DNA from: Chrysomallon squamiferum
Taxonomy: Eukaryota; Animalia; Mollusca
Direction of reading: 5' to 3'
NCBI GenBank assembly: GCA_012295275.1
Contig: CM022670.1
Location: 34,844,001-34,908,000, forward strand
DNA length: 64,000 nt
The translations under genes were made by a program, and so were the position numbers. Shown here in pieces: positions 41,058-53,496 of the stretch. Every line of letters starts with the position of its first letter. Within the stretch, counting starts at the first letter, position 1. Under the pieces are notes generated by a model that had not been told where the DNA came from, did no database searches, and saw only the letters and a list, made by a program, of their open reading frames with translations.

Positions 41058-41083
41058 CGCGGGCCGTAGTTTGCCCATGACTG
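41058..41083 (+). mobile_element. hAT (Charlie-like) DNA transposon terminal fragment
   Basis: CGCGGGCCGTAGTTTGCCCATGACTG resembles the hAT-Charlie type end (...CGCGGGCCGTAGTTTGCCxACCCCTG), recalled from memory. No matching left end was identified. Confidence 0.5.
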
Positions 41084-41397
41084 TAATACAAGTTTACACA
41101 CATACACAGTGGCCACTAAGATTCTAAAAAATTGGCTGTCGTATTTTCGATTTCACCAGAAACTGCTGCTTTGTAACAAATGCATGAAACTGTTCGTTTC
41201 AATTATTAACAACAACAAATGAATCAGTCCTCTATGAAATGACGTCATGACTCTTACTCCCGATCTTGCATCCGATCTACAGTATCTTACAACCAGAGCG
41301 CGAATCCTATGAAATATTCTTTGTGTTAATCCCTCAAATACTGACACATGCGGCTGTGCATATCTGTAAGGAAATAATGGATATAAACTATGTGTAG

Positions 41398-41465
<68 letters not shown>

Positions 41466-41549
41466 TGTTGTTGTTGTTGTTGTTAAAGTAACAGATTTTT
41501 ATCTTTTTACTAAATATATGAAACTATTTGCTTAACAAATAGTATTTAT

Positions 41550-41587
41550 ATTGGCCTATATAATGACGTCATTTAATATAGGCCAAT
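41550..41587. promoter_or_regulatory. Palindromic CCAAT-CRE-CCAAT element upstream of SLC26 paralog B
   Basis: ATTGGCCTATAT-AATGACGTCATT-TA-ATATAGGCCAAT: 12-bp inverted arms carrying CCAAT boxes around a perfect CRE palindrome. A second TGACGTCA lies at 41240-41247. Confidence 0.55.
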
Positions 41588-42039
41588 CATGGCTAATCTT
41601 GAAAATCGGCAGGTGCGCTAACATTACACTGGTTTAGGACCTATCATAAAACCATTTCTCACTAATAATTTAAATTAATTTACAAAAGATCAATAAAACA
41701 AACAAATAATCAAAATAAAAAACAAACACACAAACAAAAAAACTTTTTTATTTTTATTATTATTTTTTTTTTTTTTTTTTTTTTTTATGGGTTTACGTAT
41801 CCGGAATCGTCATAAACAGATATAAAATATTTACACAAATTATGAAGTCGACTTTATTATTATTATCATCATCATCATCATCATCATCATCATACTACTA
41901 CTAATAATGCAGCTTTCTATACTGGGATTATAAATAAGTAAGAAAAAAATAAAAATAAAATCATAAAAATAATGACCTAAATTTCATATTAGACCCGTCA
42001 TAAACATAATGTTTAACTATACATGTCAGAATCAAAATA

Positions 42040-42571
42040 CAGTGGAACCTCGGGTTACAAACTTTATTCGTTCCCTAACTCGGTTCGTAAACCGAAGCAA
42101 TGGCAGACACGCGAACGCAACTCTCATTTTTTGCAATTATTTCTTTCTTAACCTCTACTGCGATACGTTTAAACTTTCCACCAGGTTTATCGCTTTCACT
42201 TTTAGTTTTCTTGAGCGCTATATTAGATAGGGTATAAAAAAAAATATACACATAAAAGCAGCAACACTTTAAACAATATCAGAGCAAAATCTATCGAGTT
42301 CCAATTGCGTATCGAAGACTAAAGACCCTAATTCATGATATATGCATGCCTATAATCCTTACTTTGACCCCCGTTATGACGTAAGCATCTATTCTTATCT
42401 TTACTAGATGTTGACGTCAAAACCGACGTCAAAAAAAATCTTGTCGTGGTGCGTCGCTGTAGTTCGTAACTAGGGACATTATTCGTGAACCGAGACAAAA
42501 ATTGTCCAAGATCACGGTTCGTAATCCGATTTATTCGTGCTTCGAGGCGTTCGTAACACGAGGTTCCACTG
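42040..42571. mobile_element. Non-autonomous pogo/Tigger-type (Tc1/mariner superfamily) MITE, 532 bp
   Basis: 23-bp TIRs CAGTGGAACCTCGGGTTACAAAC / GTTCGTAACACGAGGTTCCACTG (21/23 matching). TA on the left, TG on the right (decayed TA target duplication). Internal GTTCGTAA-type subterminal repeats; no transposase ORF. Confidence 0.85.
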
Positions 42572-42670
42572 TGTTTTTTTATTTATTTGTTTTGTAAATG
42601 TAAAAAATAATGAGTTAATATGATCTGAAAAATGAGCTATAAACGCTACATAACGTTTTAAAATATAATC

Positions 42671-42742
<72 letters not shown>

Positions 42743-42907
42743 AATGTAAAAAAAAAAAAAAAAAGAATTAGTATACAGCCTAAGGTAACCAAAAGTTGAG
42801 TCACTGAAAAACTGCCTGGTTGAGCACATATTTAATATGCTGCATTAATTTTTCAGCTCTGCTGTGGCAGATGCATAACAAATGGAGTAAACAGCTGGGC
42901 TATCATA

Positions 42908-44248
42908 ATGAACGACATTGAAGTTCAACACCATGGATACAGACTAATTGAATTTGAAGAAACATACAGTATAAAACCAGAAACAATTTCTTTAAAACAA
43001 AGAATTTACACTTTCACTCACAAATGCTGTAGTATTGACTCTGTTAAGAATACTCTGACAAAACTGTTTCCCATTGTGCAGACTTTAAAATCTTACAAAA
43101 TAGCAGAAGACTTGCCAAATGATCTGATAGCTGGTCTCACTGTAGGAATTTTGATAGTTCCTCAAGGTGAGTTTTGTGAATGTATTTCTACATTAATTTA
43201 TCAAATATTACTTACTGTTTGTGAAATTCGGTAAATAATCTTCAGACACATCTATTCTTATATTCTGCACTTCACATAAAATTTCTGTTTTAAACTGTTT
43301 TATTTTCAAGATGATTTTCAAGATGATTTTCTTGTTTAATATGTTTAATATGTTTATAAAATATTACTTCTTGTGAAATTCAGTAAATAATCTTCAGACA
43401 TGTCTAATGTTATAAACTGTACTTCACACAAAATTTCTCTTTTCTTTTTTTCTTTCAGGAATGGCTTTTGGTGCTTTGTCGACTCTCCCTCCAATTGTTG
43501 GTTTGTACATCTCTCTGTTTGCACCTCTCACATATTTCTTCTTTGGTACATCACGCCAGTCTTCTTTAGGTGAGTTTATTTATAATTTAGTTTATAATCA
43601 GTTTCAGATGGTATTGTTAATTTTATGTTTAGACTGAACTTTGGTACTGGGCTGTTGTCATCAGAAGAAAATATGAGGAAGGAACAAAATATTCAGAGAA
43701 AATTTGTATTTTATTTATTTATTTATTTTTATAACAGAGTTGAACATTAGCAGACACTCTGGGTAAGCATCTTGTATTTTAGAACCTCCATTAATATTGA
43801 TTTAATATATACGTGTTGCAAATGGTCTAATAAAATTATTTATACTTTCTAATTCTTATGTTATTGTTCTGGGCAACATATTGTCACTAATAACAGTGTA
43901 TGATAGTAAAATAAATATGTTACAAAACATTTGAATGCCAACCATTTTCCTCCTTCACTACCAGAATGATGACATCACTGTGTACATGTGGACCATACTA
44001 GAATAAACTAAATAGACTGTTGAGTATACACTGAAATTTTTGAACTGGGTTGTTTTGTTGTTTTATTTTATTATTAATTAATGTTAACAAATAAACTTGA
44101 AATTTAACAGAAACAACGTTTCCTTTTTGTCACTATAGGCATGCACTGATTTTAATTAAAATCTCTATTTTTAATGATATAAAATAATATATTGCAGAGT
44201 CTTCCAGTTAAACATATTTTAAAATGTCTTATTTATGTATATATTACT

Positions 44249-44301
<53 letters not shown>

Positions 44302-44713
44302 TAGATAGATGGATAGATAGATAGATAGATACATTTTCTTTTTAATTCCAGGTTGTATTGCTGTTCTCAGTTTAATGATGGCAGACATTCTTGATAAATA
44401 TGATGAAAATGTTAAGAATTTAATTGTTAATAGCCAAAACAATTCCAGAAAAATCACAACAGAAGCATCATTTCAGATGTCATCCACAATAAATGAATAT
44501 GTTTCTGCCATTTCAACAACCCATTCTGAAGAAATATCTGAAGATAATGTAGCTAAAAGAATTGAAGTAGCAGGGGCAATAACTCTTGTTGCTGGACTAG
44601 TCACAGTTGGTATTATCAATTTTATTTTTAACATTAAACTACTAAAAATAATAATAATAATAATAATAATAATAATTGTAGTAGTAGTAGTAGTAGTAGT
44701 AATAATAATAATA

Positions 44714-44785
<72 letters not shown>

Positions 44786-47722
44786 CATTATGTATTCACA
44801 ACAAAAGCAGCTGACTGATGTTTAAGTAGTATACATTATACACTGTTTTGGGCTGGGTTTTTTCATAGATGGTTCTTGGGAAGTGTCACTTTGGTTTTGT
44901 TGTGACCTACATGTCCAATTCCCTCATCACATCTTTCACTGTGGCTGTAGCTGTCCATGTGTTGACCAGTCAGATGAAGAATGTTTTTGGACTTTGTTTA
45001 TCTCGACATTCTGGCACTGGGAAAGTTATTTTGGTAAGTAACTTATTATACACTATACAGTGCCTTAAGATCAATGTAAGGATCGAAAAAGTTTATGCCA
45101 TAAATTCTAGTTTCTTCAGATTGAAATGGATGGAAAATATGTACAAATTATGTGTTATAAACTATATTTTTTGTAGACTGAAATGGATAAAAAAATCTAA
45201 AAAGAAATCATTTGTTATAAAGTCTATTTTCAGGGGAATGAGGTGGATAAAGAATCTGTATAGAAATTAATTGTTATATTTCCCACAGAATGGAATAGAT
45301 GTAGAATTTGTATAGAAATTATAATGTAAATGCTATATTTTTTCTACATTGAATTTGTATGGAAATGCAGATGTTTCATTTAAAGTTTTATTAGAATAAT
45401 TGCATATGGCTGGTTCTGTAAAAAAAAAAAAAAAAAAATAAATGAATAAAAATAATAATGAATAATAAAATAAGGTAAGTTAAAATCAAATCAAATCAAA
45501 TAAATAAATAAATCCATAAATAAACCAATAAATCAATAATTAATTCTAAAAATCCATAGTTTGAAAATTAATTCATAATTATACAGCTTCTTGCAGTGTA
45601 TTAAAGTTAATAGAACCCGAGGTTAACAAAAAAGAAAAGAAAAAAGATTAGTACTGAATATTTAAAAAAAATTAATATTGCATTTAAAATAATATTAATT
45701 TTTAATTTTTAGACATGGTATGACGTGTTTGCCAACATCTCCAAGACAAACCCAGTCTCTGTGATCACATGTGCAGTTTGCATTATTGTTATATATCTCG
45801 TTAAATCACAGATCAATGAGAAATTCAAATCTAAAATGAAAATTCCTGTTCCCATAGAGTTCATAGTTGTAAGTTATAAAGGTTACATTTGCTTATTTCT
45901 TTTCATTCTTTCATTGGGTTATTGTTGTAAAAATCTCCTTGTTGTTTTGTTTACATTTACAAAATATGTTTTTAAAAGTTTGTGCAGATGGTCTAAATGC
46001 ATTTGATTGCAGATAAAGTTTTGTTTTATTCTAATTTTGGATGTAAGTATATATATATATATATATATATATTAAAGAAAAAAATAAAATGATAAGAGAG
46101 TGACTATTTCATATTATCAAAATGACTGTTCTTTATTTGTATGGTAAAGGAAAAGAAAATTAATTAAAAAACTAAATTAAATAAATAAACATATATAATT
46201 AGAACATTTATTACTATTATTTTTATTACTTTTATAAAGTTCATATATATTGTTAGTGTGTGTAATATAAATATGTGTGTATGTGTTTGTGCATGTCTGT
46301 GTGTGTATGTCTGTATCTGCATGTGTATGAATTTGTTTGTGTGTGTGATGTGATGTCATGTGATGTGTATTATGGGTGTGTCTGTATGTGTATATTAACA
46401 CTTTCTACAGAATAATTATTAACTGTATTTTTAGTCACTGCTTCGATTTCATTTACTCTGTAGATGATAACTGGTACATTAATTTCACACTTTGGACATT
46501 TCCAGACTAACTACAATGTTCCTGTTGTTGGCAACATTCCTGTTGGGTGAGTTTTCAGATATAACTGTTACGACAATCATCTGATATATATTTATTCATA
46601 ATGATAAATTGAAATAGATATAGAATTTACTTCCATATTCATTTCATGGAGAATGCAATATATTTATTTTTTATTAGAAATTTTTATACATGTGCTTCTT
46701 TATATAGAATTTTTTTTTTTTTATTACTTTGATAAAGTTTAATAAAGAAAGAAACTGGTAAATAATAGTATTTATAATTATAAGTATTTTAGCTATTCTG
46801 CATATTTCAGTGTCTAACTCTGATAATAAAACAAGGATAATAAAATATGCAATCCTATGTTACAAATAATAAATAAATTAAATCTTTACCTACTTCAGCA
46901 TGATTTAGTATTAATTTTTAATTTTTTAATTTTCTTTATTCAGCATTCCTGTTTTGCATGTACCAAACCCATTATTAGCAAAAGATTACATTATGCAAGG
47001 TTTTGTAATCATCATGGTTGCATACGCTCAATCAGTATCCACGGCAAAAACATTTGGTTTGAAGCATAATTACAAAATAGATTCAGATCAGGTAACAAAA
47101 CAAATATTCTCTTGTTAATACTTAAAACTTAAATCATAACACAAAACAAAATTTTAAGAAAAATTAAAAATGGTATTTCTTTCTACTGAATGTTGTTTGT
47201 CGTATTATACATAAATTTTCGAAAGAACAAAAAGATTTAAATGTGTTTGTATTTCAGGAAATGTTTGCCATTGGTTCAGCCTGTCTGGTGTGTTCCTTGT
47301 TTTCTGGATTTTTCACAGCAGCCTCTGTGTCAAGGTCAATTGTACAAGATGGTGCTGGTGGTCGAACTCAGGTTTCACTGAATATTTATTAGTTTTAAAA
47401 AGTCACTCATGTCCTGATGTGAATTAATGTAGACATGAAAATTAGTTAAGAAATATAATATAGGAAAGAAATCATAACAGGTCTGTCCTTTGGCAGAACA
47501 AATATTTACAAACAAAGAATAAGAAATTTCAGCTGTCCCATTAAACAAACTAATCATGAATTTTAAATTGTTAAATAAATAAGTAAGTAAGATGATATTA
47601 TAGATAAAATAACTGATAATAAAAAGTTGATATCCTTTATTTTATTGTTAAAATTATTGTTATTAGTATTATTGTTATTGTTATTATTATTGTTACTGTT
47701 ATTATTAATGTTGTTGCTATTA

Positions 47723-47759
<37 letters not shown>

Positions 47760-49106
47760 CCCTGGGCCCCTCATTTATTATACATGAGCATTTTCAAACA
47801 GGATCATATCCCTTTAGATTTTTTCTTTTAACTGAGATTGTTTGGTATGTTTTTTTTAATGTACTGAATATATGGGAAAATGAACACAACTAAAATGTAA
47901 AGGTAGAAAAATTGATAAAAATAGCATGCGTTTTTTTCTTTTCGTATATCTTTGTTTTCTTTTCTCATTGAAGTTTTAAAAGAGAAAACAAATGTAACAT
48001 GTTTCAGATAACCTCACTTGTTGCTTGTTTGCTTGTGATGCTGGTGATCATGGCTATAGGAAAATATGTGTACGATTTGCCACTGGTAAGTTACAGCTTG
48101 CAAATTTTTATTTTCCAGATAATGTTAAGTAGGAAGTCCATACTTAAATTATCTTGTATTTTGTTGAACATAAAAATATTATTGTCATTTTAAAAATTTT
48201 AATAATATATGAAACAGCAGTAGGTGTGCAACCACAAACAAAAAAAAAGAAAACTTTATGAGCTTAAAACATTTAATTCTAATATTTTAGCATTTGTTAT
48301 TATTTTAAATTTATCAGAAAGATAAAATAAATTTAAGTAATAGTGAGAAATTATTAAAAATATAATTTGTACTCCAGTTATTGTGTTAACAGATGATGTA
48401 TTTGTTTGACAATGGTGGGTTTTTTTTTCATATTAAAACAAATTTTAAAATTATATTTTTTATCTTTATTTTTTTATAAAAATTTAAATAGTGTGCATAT
48501 CATTCAGTTATCATCCCAAATAAATAATAAAATGAAACATGCACTTTTTGCATAGAAAACTATAGGTAATAATTTTAGTGATACATACCCTAAATTATCA
48601 CTTTAAAATTTTGAAAAAGTAAAAACAATGAACAAATAATAAAAAAGATATTAATTGTACACATATAAAGAATAATAATATGAGGTTAATTTCAGTGCAT
48701 CCTGGCAAGTATTATTATAGTGAGTCTTCGACCAATGTTTATGAAGTTGTTTACTTTGAAAACGTTGTGGTACAAGTCACAGTATGACTGTGTAAGTATT
48801 TTGTAATTTTTTTTTAGATATTTTATTATTATAATTATTATTATTAATTTATTTATTTTTATTTTTTTTTTTTTTTTGTTTGTTTATTTTTTTGATGGGG
48901 AAATATTAAATTAGTGTGTAGTTCAGCAAGCTGATTTAAAATAAAACAAAGAAAAAGTATGCATTAAAATTTATATAAAAGTTAACTTATATTTTCAAAG
49001 TCTCTAAAATATTTATATAGAAATAAAAAAAAAAATGTTTCAGAGAGATTATTGATTATTAATAGCCTTAAGGTTGATACAAAAATTGAAATAATATTAA
49101 AGCTTC

Positions 49107-49165
<59 letters not shown>

Positions 49166-52100
49166 AATAAATAAATAAATAAGTTAAAAGAAAAATATTT
49201 ATAAAAATATTTAGTTTATTTATAATACATAAATTTACAATAAGAATTCTAAAGTTAAATTGTAAATAAAACTTCAGACTGTATGGATTGTGACATTTGT
49301 AACCTGTGTTGTTCTCGACACTTACATTGGTTTGCTCATTGGTATTTTGGTGTCTCTGATTTTTGTTGTTGTCAGGACTCAGATGTGAGTATGAAAAATT
49401 TCATGTTGTTTACATGTCTTTTATTATATCTTCGGGAACTTGAGATGTAGATAATTTTTATTGTCGGAGCATGTCAGAAACAGTAATGCTGTATACTTTC
49501 AAAAACAACATAGTTCTATATTAACCACTGTTCCTGATATTTAAATACAGCATTTATATATGTATGTATGTTATGTATGTGTGAATGTGTATGTGTATGT
49601 ATTTAATGTATGTATGAATTTAACAAACAGTATGTATGATATATGCATATATATGTATATATGTATGTACATACAAACATATCAGGTATATATATACATA
49701 CATTTTTTCATGCATACATACATAAATATGCATGTGTATATATGTATGTATGAATGTATGTATATGAATATTTGTATGTGTATGTATATGTTTATGTTTA
49801 TCTATCTATGTCTATACATACATGCACACACACACACACACACATAGACATACACACATACACACACACACAAACACACACACATATATGTATATGCATA
49901 TGATGAAACTTCTCAAAACCAGATGCTAACAAAACTGATTTATGCATTTTTTTTATTAAACCTAAAACCTCAGTAAACGTAACACTTTAAACTTGTTTCC
50001 ATGGATATGATGGTATTTGATTTTGATCAAATAAAACAGGTTACTAATTTTCTCTCTGATTCGAGACCTGTGAATAATTTATCTACACTGCATAAGTAAT
50101 GGAACATGTTTTATATTCTGTCAGTTTAAACTGGGTTTTTCTTAAATAATTAATTATATATATATATTTTTTTTTGTTTCAGTTTATCTACTGTCATTGT
50201 GGGTGTTGTGAATCAGACTTCAGAATTCAGGTCATTGACCTGTTACAAACAGGTGTTCAGTGTTAGGTTGATAAAAACTCAGTTTTAATATTATTGATAG
50301 ATAATATTAATATTATTGACAGTAATATTAGATATTTTATATAAATACGTCATTCAAAACATGAATTTCTGCACACACTGATTTTTTTTATTTGTTTTTA
50401 TGTAAAGAGATTTTTATAACTTAGTGAAAACACTTTATAAAATGGTTTAATTTGAAAATGGTCTGAATGAATTGTGTGTGTTTATGTATGTATGTGTGTG
50501 TGTGTGTGTGTGTATGTGTGTGTGTGTTTAATATGGTTGCTAATTCTAACCATTTTAATAAACTTATAGTATCTGTTCCTCCCTTCATATTTATCTTATC
50601 TACCCCCTCTCTTTTTTTTGTACTCACTCATCTTTCATAGTGAGTCATCCTGACAAAAAACACTATCTGTCATAATATATTTAGTTCACGAATTTATATT
50701 CTTTAAAATTAATTTTTATACCAGGCTGCTGAAATATTATTACTCTATTTTTGCTATCATCATCATTATGATTATTATTATAATTATTATTACAACTATC
50801 ATTACTGTTAATATCAGTATTGTTATCATCATCAATATTACTGATTGGTTAATGTCCACATTAAGATAATGAAAAATGTAATATAAAAATTTCATATTTT
50901 GTGCAGGTGGCTGAAATTCCAGGTATTAAAGTGATCAGACTGGATGCACCACTTTATTTTCCAAACTCAGAAATGTTTGTAAAGAAAGTTTACAAACTGA
51001 CAGGCATTAATCCAATCAAACTGAAAAAATATCTTCATAAAAGTGAAAACCAGGTTTGTGTGTTTAGGTTATAAAAAAAATTCAAAACTTAGATTACAAA
51101 CTTTGTTTATTTTCTTTGTAAAGAAACTTTACAGACTGGAAAAATATCTTCATAAAAGTGAAAACCAGGTTTGTGTGTTTAGGTTATAAAAAAGTTCAAA
51201 ACTTAGATTACAAACTTTGTTTATTTTCTTTGTAAAGAAACTTTACAGACTGGAAAAATATCTTCATAAAAGTGAAAATCAGGTTTGTGTGTTTAGGTTA
51301 TAAAAAAGTTCAAAACTTAGATTACAAACTTTGTTTATTTTTCTTTGTAAAGAAACCCGATCAAACTGAAAAAAATATCATCATAAAAAAAAAAAAATAA
51401 AAAGTTCAAAACTTAGATTACAAACTTTGTTTATTTTTCTTTGTAAAGAAACCCGATCAAACTGAAAAAAAATATCATCATAAAAAAAAAAAAATAGTTT
51501 TCTGTATTTAAGTCTTCATTCATCTGTTATCACTAGCTCATAAAATTATAATGCCACTTCCACTGCCAGTATTGTGACACAGAGTACAGATGACAGATGG
51601 AAGTTATATAACCTCAGTTGTAATTCCCAGCAGTCCCTGTGTACTAAGTGATAAAATGCTTGCCTCAGGCATGTAGTTCATTAAAATCAGTGCATGAAGG
51701 TAAATCTCACAAACCAGTTCTGCAGTTTAAATCTGTCAAATGCTGTACTGCACTTTTAGTTTTAAAAAAATAAATAAAAATTAGTTGACACCAGTAAAGT
51801 TTTTAAATATATATATATATATATATATTCCTGTATCACTTAATAGATATAAATTATAAAAGGTTTCCGATGAAACTTAATAAATACAGTTGTTTAAATA
51901 GATATTCATAACATATGTTTTGGTTTCACTTATTAGAATATAATATTTCACATTCATGAACAAAATATACCGTTTAATTTCACATAATAGATAACATACT
52001 TAATTTATTTGTTTAATGCCTATGTAAAGTTCTTTCACCTCAGTTTCTCTGTATAATGATTATATAAACCTGGGATATAATGAAACAATATAACATATTT

Positions 52101-52192
52101 CTGTATTATAATTTATTTAGCTATTTATTTATTATTTTATTCATTTATTTATTTATTTCATTATTTCAGTATTTGTTTATTTATTTATTATT

Positions 52193-52237
<45 letters not shown>

Positions 52238-52770
52238 ATTATGTATTTATTTATTATTTATTTACTTGTTTATTTATTTAATTATTTATTTATTTAATAT
52301 TGTATAAAGTGATATAAAGGAATTACTAATCTAGTATATTTAGGAACTAGTTCTGTTTTTGTTTTTCATCATTCAGATATCACCTGATCAAGTCAGCTGC
52401 ACCGATGAGAATAAAGATTTAAAAATGTGTCAACACCTCATCACGTCATACTCGATTTGTCTGGTGTAACTTTCTTTGATTTGATGGGTGTCAGTGCTCT
52501 AGATCAAGTAAATTAAATTTAAAATAATAACTTGATTACTATGCGTATCAGTGAAACATAAATACAAATTTCTTCATTTCTGTATGCTTTCAGGGTTAAT
52601 AAAATACTGTGACAATTATTCTGACTCTATGCTTCTTTATGAGTATAAAATAGATTTACTGTTTACTTGTTATCTATTTTATTGAAAGTGAAATACTTTA
52701 TACTAATTTCTTGGTTACATAATATTTATGATTTATAGTTCAGTGACTCACACACTAAAGTTAAAAATTG

Positions 52771-52802
<32 letters not shown>

Positions 52803-53350
52803 TTCATATTTTCTATGTTCTTAAGAATTATTAAAATGGAAAATCAGAATTGCTTGATTGCTGCTTACTTCATTTAAAGTTAAATAATAAATTAAAAACA
52901 ATTAGTTTTTAAATGTTTGCATGAATTAATTTCAAATCAAAACAGACTTATTACAAATGTTCCCCTAAGAGTCTGTTTTAAAATCTAAGTAACTTGGTAA
53001 CTACATGATTAAAAAATGACCAGTGTATTTTAAAAATAATAATAAATTGAAATCACTTTGCAGAGTCTAATGCAATTTCAGACATATTTTATGAGAGTTA
53101 AAATGTTTATTTTATTTATTTATTTATTTATTTATTTTTAGGTTATAACAGAATTTGAAGATTTACATATTAATGTTTTAATTGCAGAAACTAGAGGTAA
53201 ATGATTAATGAAGTTAATTTATTTTAATAAGATCAGGCTATGTTATGTTTCAGCTTGGCTTTTCAATTTATTCTTTTTCCCAGTATTATTTTTCTAATTG
53301 TGCTTTCAGGCATGTTGTCAAATGTTATAAATTACAAATGAAATTAAGGA

Positions 53351-53381
<31 letters not shown>

Positions 53382-53460
53382 TTATAAATTTAATAATATA
53401 CAGCCATCAACAAATTTTAAATAGATTTTTAAAAACATATCTTAAGAGAATAATTTAAGG

Positions 53461-53496
<36 letters not shown>

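Noticed and set aside
51135-51168. 34-nt cryptic exon that would arithmetically compensate the exon 14 frameshift (34+131=165)
   Set aside because: It contains an in-frame TAA (ACT GGA AAA ATA TCT TCA TAA), so it cannot restore the protein.
52376-52417. Alternative acceptors within B exon 14 that might bypass the frameshift
   Set aside because: AGs ending at 52392, 52409 and 52416 give the wrong frame; the AG ending at 52396 is in frame but is followed by CTG CAC CGA TGA.
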